In this document: one piece after another, positions 27,460 to 36,405 of the stretch | Numbering within the stretch: the stretch's first letter is position 1 | How the letters are laid out: the number at the start of each line of letters is the position of its first letter | Assembly (NCBI GenBank): GCA_040261535.1 | Contig: JBDQNU010000001.1 | Span: 75,109-139,108 of the forward strand | Reading direction: 5' to 3' | DNA: 64,000 bases | From: Poseidonia sp. | Lineage (GTDB): Archaea > Thermoplasmatota > Poseidoniia > Poseidoniales > Poseidoniaceae | The notes under the pieces: model-generated | The model's input: the letters and a program-made list of their open reading frames with translations, nothing else | What the model was told of the DNA's origin: nothing | The model's database searches: none | Program-made: the position numbers and the translations under genes

Positions 27460-28518
27460 ATGACCGATGTTGATGTCATGGGAGAGGAGAGCATCGGCTT
27501 CAAGGCCCGCATGGTTTCCATGTTCTTGCGTCTCTTGACCCTCGGGTTGATCGCCGTTGCCCTGGTGATTTCAACCGAGGGTATCGTCATCGTCTTGCTG
27601 CTGTTCGTGCTTGTTGTACCGTTTGAGAAACTCTTCCCCCGCCACCGTGGCCAAAAGGTCAGACGCCCTCATTTGGACACCGATGTGGGCTACGCCCTCG
27701 TCTCGCCGTTGATGGGTCTGCTCACGGGGTTTGTGGCCATTGCCATTGGTTTACTCAGTCTTGCATGGATACCTGGCCTGCTCCTTGCACCCTACGTCGC
27801 CAAGATTCCAGCGGCCTACATGCCCGTGGTCGGCTTCCTCTTGTTCGATGCGCTGGTGTACTGGACGCACCGATTCTATCACGAGATTCCGGTTTTGTGG
27901 AAATTTCACGCCATCCACCACTCGACTGAGCACTTGGATTGGGCCAGTGGGTTTCGTGCTCACCCGCTTGACGGGACCATCCTCGCCCCTGCCTTCGTGT
28001 TTCTCGTCACGGCTGGGTTTTCGTTTGAATTGACCGGGGCTCTTGCAGCCGCTCAAATCATTCTTGGGTTGTTCCTCCACGCAAACGTAAGGTGGCGGCT
28101 TAAGTGGCTGCACCGCCTGATTATCACGCCGGAATTTCACCATTGGCATCACACCAATGAACGAGACGCGATTTGGACAAATTACTCCACCTTCCTTCCC
28201 TTGTGGGACCAGCTGTTTGGAACCTACTTCATGCCAAAGGAACGACGGCCGCAAACCTACGGTGTGAACGAACCGATTCCCGACGGTATCCTGCGCCAAT
28301 TACGCCATCCATTCAAGGGATGGCGCAACCCGTTGTGGTACATCCTTCATCCCTTCCAGTCTCTTCGTCGTTCGTTCTCGTTCACGAAGGCCATTCTCCG
28401 CTCCATGCGCAAGTCGATGTTTCGCAAGCGGGGCACGAAGCCATGGGACATTTATACCCTCAACGATGAGCAACAGGTAACCCCAACCCTTCCTTCAGAC
28501 CTATCCACATCAGCATGA
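27460..28518 (+). CDS. Fatty acid hydroxylase / sterol desaturase-superfamily membrane di-iron enzyme
   Basis: The three histidine boxes are HRFYHE, HAIHH and FHHWHH, in a polytopic membrane protein. The start is set at 27460, after the upstream stop. Confidence 0.8.
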   Translation: MTDVDVMGEESIGFKARMVSMFLRLLTLGLIAVALVISTEGIVIVLLLFVLVVPFEKLFPRHRGQKVRRPHLDTDVGYALVSPLMGLLTGFVAIAIGLLSLAWIPGLLLAPYVAKIPAAYMPVVGFLLFDALVYWTHRFYHEIPVLWKFHAIHHSTEHLDWASGFRAHPLDGTILAPAFVFLVTAGFSFELTGALAAAQIILGLFLHANVRWRLKWLHRLIITPEFHHWHHTNERDAIWTNYSTFLPLWDQLFGTYFMPKERRPQTYGVNEPIPDGILRQLRHPFKGWRNPLWYILHPFQSLRRSFSFTKAILRSMRKSMFRKRGTKPWDIYTLNDEQQVTPTLPSDLSTSA

Positions 28519-28585
28519 TGAATTTGGAGGGGCGTCAAATCAATGCACCAGTAGTGGTATATATTGTCCGGAGAAAGTTCCATTC

Positions 28586-30766
28586 ATGTGGACAGACGAA
28601 CAGCTGCTTGCGCAAGGATGGACCCAGCCACAAATCGACCAGTGGCGAAATGAGCAACAACGACCGCTCGCCGACACTCCTGCCGTCCACGAACCGGCCT
28701 TGCCACTTCCAACTCACGAGGCCACAACGACGGTTGCCCCGCCTGAGCCCTCCATCCCCATCACCGAAACAAAGCCTGGTTCGCTCTCGGGGATTTCTAC
28801 TGGCCTCGCATCGGACAAAACTCAACTCATTCTCATCGTTCTCATGCTGGTGATCGCCCCGCTCTCGCTCTATTCTTCGCTCTTCGCCGAAGGACCGACA
28901 GGCCCCCAGGGCGAAGAGGGCGTGGCAGGAGAAAACGGAACGGCGGGCTCAAGTTTTCATCTCGTCTTGAGTGGCGAAGAATTGCCGACATGCGACCAGA
29001 CCATCAATGATCAGATCTTCTTCGTCGCTGATGTTTCTGGATTCGAGGTCTGCCAAAACAACGTCTGGACCACCCTCGACTTGACCGGCGCAGAAGGGCA
29101 ACCTGGCCTTGATGGTGTGAATGGCACCAACGGGCAAGATGGGATCAACGGCACCGACGGGCAAAACGGCGTCAACGGCGCCGATGGGAGTGATGGCGTG
29201 AACGGTCAAGACGGTGCTGACGGCGGGGATGGAAACGACGGTTTGGCATCGCTGATCACCTCAACCATTGAACCAAGCGGCGCGAATTGCCCGACGGGTG
29301 GAACGCGAATCGACACCGGCGTGGACAACGACCGCAACGGCCAACTCACGCTGAACGAAATCGACGCCACCGTCTTTGTGTGCGACGGTTCTGACGGCGC
29401 TGATGGAGCGGACGGGGTGGACGGCACAGACGGTGCTGACGGAGCCAACGGAAGTTCAACCACCACGACGATGGTCGCACGCCTTTCCGTTGCGCCGGCA
29501 TCTCTTGGATGCAATGGAACCGGACAATTGTTTCAGCAGGGACTTGACGATGGTTCAGGCGGCGGCATTCCTCAAAACGGGGTTCTTGAATCTGGAGAAA
29601 TCATGACCAGTTCTCTGATTTGCACCACCTTCGCTGTTGACCAGGTCGAGGACATCAATCCTGGTGCTACAGGGAGCAATCCTGCGAATTTCTGCACCAT
29701 CAACTCGACGTTGTATTTCAGTGCAAACAATGGCACCACGAATGGAATTTGGTCAATGGATGTGAACGGAAATATCTCCTTGGAGTACAGTGGTACTGTT
29801 TTGGGAATGCGCACCATTGGGGACCAGTTGATGTTCCTCGGCCAAGACCCATTGACGTTGGATGTTGAACCGTATGTTTTCGAACCATCCAACCAAACAG
29901 GTTGGCGAATCGAAGATATCTTCCCTGGTGGTTCAGGAAGTTTTGCTGGAGAGTTTACCTTGATAGGGACAACGGTGTTTTTCTCAGCCCGGGACAGTGC
30001 TGGTTCAACTGGAACAGGGTTGTACGACCTTTGGGCCTATGACACCGTGAGTTTCAGTGTATGGAAGGTCGAGCCGGATATTCAGCCAACAAATTTGGTC
30101 GCTGTCAATTCAGACCTCTACTTCTCAGCCAGGTCGAACAATGGAAACGTTGAGTTATGGAAGCATGAAACCGCCACCAACACCACCTTCATGGTCAAGG
30201 ACATCAACCCTGGACAACTCTCTTCCTCGCCACAGGACCTTGTGGTGATGGGAACGACCCTCTACATGGCTGCAAATGCAGGCACGACCTATGGAACAGA
30301 ATTGTATGCATACGAGACAACGAACAACTCGACATGGCTTGCAGCAGACATCCGACCCGGAGTTGCAGGAAGTGCGCCTTCAGGAATGGTCGTATCAGGA
30401 ACACGAATTTACCTGCAGGCAACATCTGGACAACATTTCGAAATGTGGGCTTATGAGGCCACCAACTCGTCATACTGGGAGGTCACCGATTTACAATCAA
30501 CATCCGGAACAGGCGCACCAAACGAGTTCACTGTTCGTGGAAACACCGTATATTTCTCGGCAGATGATGGGACGACCGGAGAAGAATTGTGGGCATATAA
30601 TGCAATCAATCAAACCACATGGCAAGTGATTGATCTGAAACCAACTGGTGGCTACATTGGCGACATTCATGTTCACGAAGACAATGTATACTTCGCAGGT
30701 GAGGACAACTGGGGCGGCATTGAATTGTGGCGGCTTATCTTCTCAAGAACCGTGACATTTGTTTGA
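28586..30766 (+). CDS. Signal-anchored surface protein with collagen-like G-X-Y runs, a Cys-bracketed EPSGANCPTGG module and ELWxxDGT-type repeats
   Basis: 726 aa with a TM at aa 81-100. There are three G-X-Y runs, and a module IEPSGANCPTGGTRIDTGVDNDRNGQLTLNEIDATVFVCDG. About 7 repeats carry DI(N/R)PG...LYFSA...G.ELW(A/K)Y(D/E/N). Confidence 0.8.
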   Translation: MWTDEQLLAQGWTQPQIDQWRNEQQRPLADTPAVHEPALPLPTHEATTTVAPPEPSIPITETKPGSLSGISTGLASDKTQLILIVLMLVIAPLSLYSSLFAEGPTGPQGEEGVAGENGTAGSSFHLVLSGEELPTCDQTINDQIFFVADVSGFEVCQNNVWTTLDLTGAEGQPGLDGVNGTNGQDGINGTDGQNGVNGADGSDGVNGQDGADGGDGNDGLASLITSTIEPSGANCPTGGTRIDTGVDNDRNGQLTLNEIDATVFVCDGSDGADGADGVDGTDGADGANGSSTTTTMVARLSVAPASLGCNGTGQLFQQGLDDGSGGGIPQNGVLESGEIMTSSLICTTFAVDQVEDINPGATGSNPANFCTINSTLYFSANNGTTNGIWSMDVNGNISLEYSGTVLGMRTIGDQLMFLGQDPLTLDVEPYVFEPSNQTGWRIEDIFPGGSGSFAGEFTLIGTTVFFSARDSAGSTGTGLYDLWAYDTVSFSVWKVEPDIQPTNLVAVNSDLYFSARSNNGNVELWKHETATNTTFMVKDINPGQLSSSPQDLVVMGTTLYMAANAGTTYGTELYAYETTNNSTWLAADIRPGVAGSAPSGMVVSGTRIYLQATSGQHFEMWAYEATNSSYWEVTDLQSTSGTGAPNEFTVRGNTVYFSADDGTTGEELWAYNAINQTTWQVIDLKPTGGYIGDIHVHEDNVYFAGEDNWGGIELWRLIFSRTVTFV
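29087..29242 (+). repeat. Longest collagen-like triplet repeat (17 consecutive G-X-Y)
   Basis: GAEGQPGLDGVNGTNGQDGINGTDGQNGVNGADGSDGVNGQDGADGGDGNDG. Shorter runs lie at 28892-28948 and 29387-29452. Confidence 0.85.
29648..30733 (+). repeat. ELWxxDGT-like ~48-aa protein repeats
   Basis: The recurrent signatures are DLWAYDT, ELWKHET, ELYAYET, EMWAYEA, ELWAYNA and ELWRL, each preceded by ...YF(S/A)A. GC is visibly lower than in flanking genes. Confidence 0.7.
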
Positions 30767-30889
30767 GATTCCTCTGTGCTCTGCACGAAGATAACTTGGA
30801 AAGCGGGTTTCGGTGTCAAGTCATAGTTGAAGCTTTCATGACTCGTGTTTACCGCTTTCCTCATAGATTGAGTCGGCCGACGGGACATC

Positions 30890-32230
30890 ATGGGATTCAA
30901 GCGCGTGCTGATTGCCAACCGCGGAGAGATTGCGCTGCGAATTCTGCGCACCTTGCGAGACATGGGCATCGAAGCGGCCATCATCCACGGCCGTGAAGAC
31001 CGTCTTTCGCTTCCGGTCCAACTTGCCGACATCGCTTATCCCAACTACCGAACCAATCCTCTGGATTCCTATTTGGACATCGAAGCCGTGGTCAAAGCGG
31101 CCAAAGAACTCGAGTGCGACGCTGTCCACCCTGGCTACGGCTTTTTGGCCGAGAACGCAGCGTTCGTTGCTCGCCTCGAGGAAGAAGGCATCACTTTCAT
31201 TGGGCCAGCCTCCAACGTCATCACCTTGCTCGGGGATAAAATCCAGGCTCGCGCGGCGATGGAAGCCGCAGGTCTTCCCACGGCAAAGGGTTCGTCTGAA
31301 CCGATCTCAAGTGCGGAGGTCGCCAGTGCACTTGCCGACGAAATCGGCTACCCTGTCATCATCAAAGCGGCAGCCGGCGGTGGCGGCATCGGTATGCAAA
31401 TCGTGGAGGAAGCCGGTGAGTTCGAGGGCGCTCTGAAACTCTGTCAGTCCCGGGCCAAATCGGCCTTTGGGGACGAGCGTGTCTTTGTTGAGAAGTACAT
31501 CCAAGGCGCTCAACACGTTGAGTTTCAGGTGCTGGCCGACGGGAAAAACGCGATTCATTTCGGTGAGCGGTTTTGCTCGATTCAGCGCCGCCATCAAAAA
31601 TTGGTCGAGGAGGGTCCGTGGCTCAGCGATGAAAAAAGGGCTGAAATCGGGGCATTGGTCTGCAAGGGCGCTGAAGCCGTGGGCTACAAAGGCTTGGCGA
31701 CCTTCGAATTTCTACGGGACGCCAACGGGGATTTCTACTTCCTCGAAGTCAACCCTCGGGTGCAGGTTGAGCACACGGTGACCGAACTCATCACGGGACA
31801 CAACCTCGTTGAACTTGGCGTGCGTGTCGCTCAAGGTGAATCCCTGCCCCTTCAGCAGGACGAAATCACTTGGCGCGGCCACGCCATCCAATGCCGGCTG
31901 AATGCAGAGGACCCCCGTGCCTTCGTCCCCAGCCCCGGTCGCCTTTGGGAATGCCATTTTCCCAGTGGGTTTGGCATCCGTTGCGACACCCATGCGCATC
32001 CCGGATACGAGATGCCGGGTTGTTTTGATTCGCTGCTGGCCAAATTGCTGACCTGGGGTCACGACCGTGAGGACGCCATTCGTCGCATGCGAACCGCCCT
32101 TGACGAGACGATGATCACCGGTGTTGAACACCTGATCCCCCTCCACCGCCGCATCATGGACGAGGCCGATTTCAACGCCGGCGACATCACCATTCAATAC
32201 ATCGATATGCACCAGGAATTGCTGGGCTGA
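30890..32230 (+). CDS. accC: Biotin carboxylase (AccC/PycA-type ATP-grasp subunit)
   Basis: 446 aa. Motifs VLIANRGEIALRILRTLRDMGI, HPGYGFLAENAAF, GYPVIIKAAAGGGGIGM and EVNPRVQVEHTVTE. Confidence 0.88.
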   Translation: MGFKRVLIANRGEIALRILRTLRDMGIEAAIIHGREDRLSLPVQLADIAYPNYRTNPLDSYLDIEAVVKAAKELECDAVHPGYGFLAENAAFVARLEEEGITFIGPASNVITLLGDKIQARAAMEAAGLPTAKGSSEPISSAEVASALADEIGYPVIIKAAAGGGGIGMQIVEEAGEFEGALKLCQSRAKSAFGDERVFVEKYIQGAQHVEFQVLADGKNAIHFGERFCSIQRRHQKLVEEGPWLSDEKRAEIGALVCKGAEAVGYKGLATFEFLRDANGDFYFLEVNPRVQVEHTVTELITGHNLVELGVRVAQGESLPLQQDEITWRGHAIQCRLNAEDPRAFVPSPGRLWECHFPSGFGIRCDTHAHPGYEMPGCFDSLLAKLLTWGHDREDAIRRMRTALDETMITGVEHLIPLHRRIMDEADFNAGDITIQYIDMHQELLG

Positions 32231-32245
32231 GGGGAAGGTGAACGG

Positions 32246-33169
32246 ATGAGCGTCTTGATCGTTGGAAGTCTTGCGTACGATTCGGTGGCCTCGCCCGAAG
32301 GCGAAATCGAGCGTGCGCTCGGTGGTTCCGCCACGTACGGGGGTCTCTCGTGCCAGTTTCACCTGAAACGCAAGGGCCTTGCCGATGCGGGCATCGTGGG
32401 CGTTGTTGGTGAGGACTTTTCAAACGACGACCGGGCCGTGTTGGAACGCTCAGGCTTGAATCTCTCCGGCCTTGAAGTCGCATCCGGAGAGACCTTCCGC
32501 TGGGAGGGCGCATACCACGGGTCCATGGCCGAAGCGGAAACGCTGGCGACGCACCTCAACGTCTTCGAGCATTTTGAGCCCCACGTTCCAGAAGCCCTTC
32601 GGGCCCCCTCCGTTTTGTTCTGCGCCAACTTGCATCCGCTCATACAGCAACAGGTCATGCACCAAACCCAACCTGCCCGTTTGACGATGCTGGACTCGAT
32701 GAACCTCTGGATTTCCATCGCCAAAGAATCGCTTCTCGAGGTGATGACGGAGGCGGATTTGGTCATCATCAACGACGGCGAGGTTCGCCAACTCACGGAA
32801 GACGCCAACATCGTCCGGGCCATGCACACATTGGCCGAGCAAACGGCGACCAAAACCTTGGTCGTTAAACGAGGGGAACACGGCGTGATCGCCCTTCATG
32901 ACGGCTCGGTGTTGGCCCTTCCCGCCTACCCAACCGCTCGCGTGGTCGACCCGACGGGATGCGGGGATACGTTTGCAGGAGCTCTTGCAGCCCACTTTGC
33001 ACACGGCGAAGGTCCGGTGACCCTGTCTGAACTTCGGCAAGGTTTGCTCTTTGCAACGGTCACGGCGAGTTTTACGCTCGAGCGCTTTGGTACCGATGCC
33101 TTGCAGAACTTAACGGGCGATGAGTTTGAGGCCCGCCTGATGGATTACCGTTCCATGGTGATGGGCTAA
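32246..33169 (+). CDS. PfkB-family carbohydrate/nucleoside kinase
   Basis: 307 aa. Motif DPTGCGDTFAGALAAHF (PfkB signature 2), with an N-terminal GSLAYD. Confidence 0.8.
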   Translation: MSVLIVGSLAYDSVASPEGEIERALGGSATYGGLSCQFHLKRKGLADAGIVGVVGEDFSNDDRAVLERSGLNLSGLEVASGETFRWEGAYHGSMAEAETLATHLNVFEHFEPHVPEALRAPSVLFCANLHPLIQQQVMHQTQPARLTMLDSMNLWISIAKESLLEVMTEADLVIINDGEVRQLTEDANIVRAMHTLAEQTATKTLVVKRGEHGVIALHDGSVLALPAYPTARVVDPTGCGDTFAGALAAHFAHGEGPVTLSELRQGLLFATVTASFTLERFGTDALQNLTGDEFEARLMDYRSMVMG

Positions 33170-33170
33170 T

Positions 33171-34721
33171 TCAATCCTCATCAAGGCGTGGAAGGCCGTC
33201 AAGGTCGTCCTGGCTTTTGCTTGGTTGCAGGTCTTCAAACGTAAATCCGTTCAAATCCCCTCGGGTCGATTGCTCAATTTCCATCGCAGCGGCTTGGAGG
33301 ATCTCGGCTCTCTCGGCCAATCGGGCTGCCTCTTCAGGCGGCAGCGACCCGCCGTTTTCAGTTGAAAGCGAATCGTGCACGTTGCTCGGTTCCGTTCGCG
33401 CTGCTTCGGCGTGTTCCCGTAGAGCACTCGAAGTGGCCGTGGTGCCGTAAGGGGAAGGTGAGCGAGCGGGGAGCATCGACCCTAAGACGGCACGGGAGCG
33501 CTCGCGCACGTTTCTGAGCAGGCCGTTCCCGGGCCGCCGAGGATGAATGGCTCGTGGCCGACGTGGGGTGAACATCGTTTCGGAGAGTTCTCGTGGGCGG
33601 CGCAGCGTGAAGAGGCGTTCTTTGGGAGGTTGAGGGGTTGGGTTTTCCCAAGGCGTGGTTGAATCAGGTTCGTGGTCGGCGAGGGCCTGCTCAACTTGCT
33701 CAGCGTCGAGAATCTGTTCGGTCTCCTCGTCGATGTCCGGGAGGTTTGGTGTTGCCACGGGTTCGCCGTTCGGGCCGGTCCCGGTTGGGAGAACGTTCCC
33801 TCTTGATGGTTGGTTCACGGGGATGCCTTGGTGCATGGGGGGCGTCCCAACGGGGACCAGCACGTGTCCTGCGGTCGGCGTTGGGCGGTGATCGTCCGGG
33901 TTTGAGCCGGTCAACGCTTCGGTGTAGGTGGTGAGGAACGTCGGGAAAAAGCCCGTGATTTGCGAAGGCGCAACGGGTTCGGGTTCCTGAACGGGTGTCC
34001 AGTCGGGTTCAACGTGTTCAGCGAGGTGCGGTTTTGCATCCACCTCCTCTCCGGTCGAAGCGAGGAAGGCGTCCACTGCATGCGGCGTGTGAAGGGCGTT
34101 GGGCAGAAGGGGTGCGGGGGGGACGTCTTCTGCGAGGCGCCCGTGGTCCATGCCGGCTTCGATGGCCTCCATCATCGCGATGACATCCTTCATGCTCTTT
34201 CCGTTGGCGAGTTGATGAAACATGAAACTCAAACGGTTCAGGGCGCGTTCGTTGCCAAACATCACGTGGGTGTCACCCGATTGGGTTTGGACGGTGAGGG
34301 TGGGCTGTTTGGTCACGAATCGAGCCAAAACCAAGGCCGAGCCGACCGCCATGAATCCGAGGCGATACAGCGGGGGGACCATCACTCGGTACCCGATCCA
34401 AAGGAAGCAGAGGCCAAAGACCACCATCCAACCGGGGACGAGTTGGGAGGAGTGATGCTTGATGGTATGGATGGCGTTGAGGCGAATGTCCAAACTGCCC
34501 TGCTTGCGTCCTTGAACGCTCAGCATCCGCTCATCGAGCATGATGTCAACCCGCTCTTTCGTTTCCGCCAACCGCAACGAGGAGAAGGTCACCCCCTCCA
34601 GTTCGCCGGTTGGAACAGAACTCTGCCCAATCTCGCGCATCCCGTTCTGCCTCCACCCGTACGGGGTTATGAAACCACCGCCATGCGAGTGGGGCATGAG
34701 GGACGTCTCGCCCCGTTGCAA
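33171..34721 (-). CDS. Hypothetical membrane protein with a long Pro-rich disordered tail
   Basis: 516 aa. The N-terminal ~200 aa has two TM helices embedded in a PH-like segment. The rest is P/E/T-rich with RRPR repeats and an acidic C-terminus. The start is uncertain. Confidence 0.5.
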   Translation of the reverse strand: MQRGETSLMPHSHGGGFITPYGWRQNGMREIGQSSVPTGELEGVTFSSLRLAETKERVDIMLDERMLSVQGRKQGSLDIRLNAIHTIKHHSSQLVPGWMVVFGLCFLWIGYRVMVPPLYRLGFMAVGSALVLARFVTKQPTLTVQTQSGDTHVMFGNERALNRLSFMFHQLANGKSMKDVIAMMEAIEAGMDHGRLAEDVPPAPLLPNALHTPHAVDAFLASTGEEVDAKPHLAEHVEPDWTPVQEPEPVAPSQITGFFPTFLTTYTEALTGSNPDDHRPTPTAGHVLVPVGTPPMHQGIPVNQPSRGNVLPTGTGPNGEPVATPNLPDIDEETEQILDAEQVEQALADHEPDSTTPWENPTPQPPKERLFTLRRPRELSETMFTPRRPRAIHPRRPGNGLLRNVRERSRAVLGSMLPARSPSPYGTTATSSALREHAEAARTEPSNVHDSLSTENGGSLPPEEAARLAERAEILQAAAMEIEQSTRGDLNGFTFEDLQPSKSQDDLDGLPRLDED

Positions 34722-34736
34722 AAAACGCCGTCTCGT

Positions 34737-35762
34737 TCAAGCGTCCAGCGGGGTCGCTGTCGCCGAGCCCATGATGCGCGGTCGAGAATCGAGTTGAGCC
34801 AACAAGACGGGCGGCGGGTTCGTTCGGCGAACAAAGAGGGGCGTCTCCCATGCGACGGTGAGTTGGGCGCCCTCCACCGCAGCGATTCGGCCGACCACAA
34901 ACTGCAGGTCGACGCTGGCGTGCACAACATCGCCGGCGGCCAACACCCGTTTTTGGAACGGCGATGTGGATAAGTTGAGGACGGAGCGTTCGTGGCGAAC
35001 GATCGCAAGCGGCGTTTCCGTGTTGCTTTGTTTGTCAACCACCGGGGGATGAACGATGATGGTATCCCCGTTCAAATGGTCCTCTTTGGCGTTGCGTAAG
35101 GCCAAACCAACCCGGTCACCGGCTTTGGCGACCTCCACGTCGTCGTCCATGACCTGGAGGGATTTTGCCGTCCCGCTACCGTTGGCTGGAAGCAATTTCA
35201 ACTCGTCGTGAACCTTGACGCAGCCCGCTTGGACATAGCCAATGGCGACCAGGCCGATGCCTTTGACGTTGAAGTGCTGGTCGACGGGGAGGACCAACGG
35301 TGCCTGTGCATTCTCCAACAAGTCGCCTTCGATCTCCTTCATCAAGTCGAACAAAGCCTCTCGAAGTTGAATGCCGTCGTTGGCTTCAAATCGCCAACCA
35401 CCCAGACCTGCTTGCTTGAACAGCATGTTGACCTGGTCTTCATCGATCCACCCGCCTTCGCTGGGATTGAGCACCGCGATGCCTCGTTGAATGCCTGCGC
35501 TTGCAAAGGCCACCAAGGCTTCTCCGAGCGTAGCGTCCACGGCCGTGACTTCGATAAGGCCAGCCTCGGCCGTCGAGAGGGCGTTGAGGAAGGGTCGCAA
35601 ACGTTCGGGGTATTTTGCTGGGCGAATCAACGAGAGGATCCGGGCATCATCGCCCGTTCCCTCTTTGTGGACATAGGTGTGAACGTCGCGTTGGTCGGCT
35701 GCTTTCGCCACGCTTTTGGCCAACTCATCCGATGCGATCACGGCCACGTTCAGGACGACCAT
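34737..35762 (-). CDS. EF-Tu/SelB-like protein with degenerate G domain
   Basis: A beta-barrel domain-2 signature is present (LPVDQHFNVKGIGLVAIGYVQAGCVKVHDELKLLP...GDRVGLALR). The N-domain is collinear with a G domain, but the P-loop position reads VIASDELAKS, DxxG reads RPAKYPE, and NKxD reads LNPSEG. Confidence 0.65.
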   Translation of the reverse strand: MVVLNVAVIASDELAKSVAKAADQRDVHTYVHKEGTGDDARILSLIRPAKYPERLRPFLNALSTAEAGLIEVTAVDATLGEALVAFASAGIQRGIAVLNPSEGGWIDEDQVNMLFKQAGLGGWRFEANDGIQLREALFDLMKEIEGDLLENAQAPLVLPVDQHFNVKGIGLVAIGYVQAGCVKVHDELKLLPANGSGTAKSLQVMDDDVEVAKAGDRVGLALRNAKEDHLNGDTIIVHPPVVDKQSNTETPLAIVRHERSVLNLSTSPFQKRVLAAGDVVHASVDLQFVVGRIAAVEGAQLTVAWETPLFVRRTNPPPVLLAQLDSRPRIMGSATATPLDA

Positions 35763-35802
35763 GTTGGCTCCAAAGGCATCGGCTTGAAGAACCAATGGGT
35801 GG

Positions 35803-36312
35803 TTAAGCGTCCCGCTTTGCCTTCTGCGCCAACATGTTGTCACGAATCCGTTTGGCCTTTTCCCATTCCTCTTGCTCCTCGTCGTTCGAGGGTGAGAATT
35901 GCGGTACGGGAATCGGGCGCATCATGGAATCGATGGCGACGAAAAAGAAGTAGCCTTCGCAGATGATCTTCTTTTCCCACGTCGCCTTGCTCATGGTGTA
36001 GGCCGTGACTTTGGTGCAGGCCGTGTGGCTGCTGGTGTAGACCACCTGTCCCGTGACTTCAAGCAGGTCACCTTGCCGAGCGGGGGCGATGAACGTCAGG
36101 GTGTCGATGGAGATGGTGACGAATTCGCGATGAGCAAACTTCGCACAGGCAATACCGCCAGCCTTGTCCATCAGCGAGAGCAAGCGTCCACCGAACAGGG
36201 TGTCGTAGGCGTTGGTGTCTTGGGGAAACACCTCCTCGATGAGGGTCACGGGTTCGGTGGAATAGGGCTCCATGACTACGGCAAAGGGTCCACCCTCATA
36301 ATTCATCGTCAA
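35803..36312 (-). CDS. Acyl-CoA thioesterase (hotdog fold, YciA/BFIT-like)
   Basis: 169 aa. Motif VFPQDTNAYDTLFGGRLLSLMDKAGGIACAKFA...VTISIDTLTFIAPARQGDLL. Confidence 0.8.
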   Translation of the reverse strand: MTMNYEGGPFAVVMEPYSTEPVTLIEEVFPQDTNAYDTLFGGRLLSLMDKAGGIACAKFAHREFVTISIDTLTFIAPARQGDLLEVTGQVVYTSSHTACTKVTAYTMSKATWEKKIICEGYFFFVAIDSMMRPIPVPQFSPSNDEEQEEWEKAKRIRDNMLAQKAKRDA

Positions 36313-36405
36313 GCCAAGCCGTACGCTGTCGTCATTTCAGTCGCCGAGTCCGAGAAGCGACGGGATTTTATGCGTTCAAAGTGTGGCGGGACCGTAGGTG
36401 ACACC

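Noticed and set aside
35899-36405. N-terminal 169 codons of the 2130-aa ORF in the track
   Set aside because: This stretch lies antisense to the well-supported thioesterase gene (35803-36312). It has no signal peptide and reads as G/D/R-rich filler. A strong signal peptide begins at the ATG at 36406, so the gene was started there.
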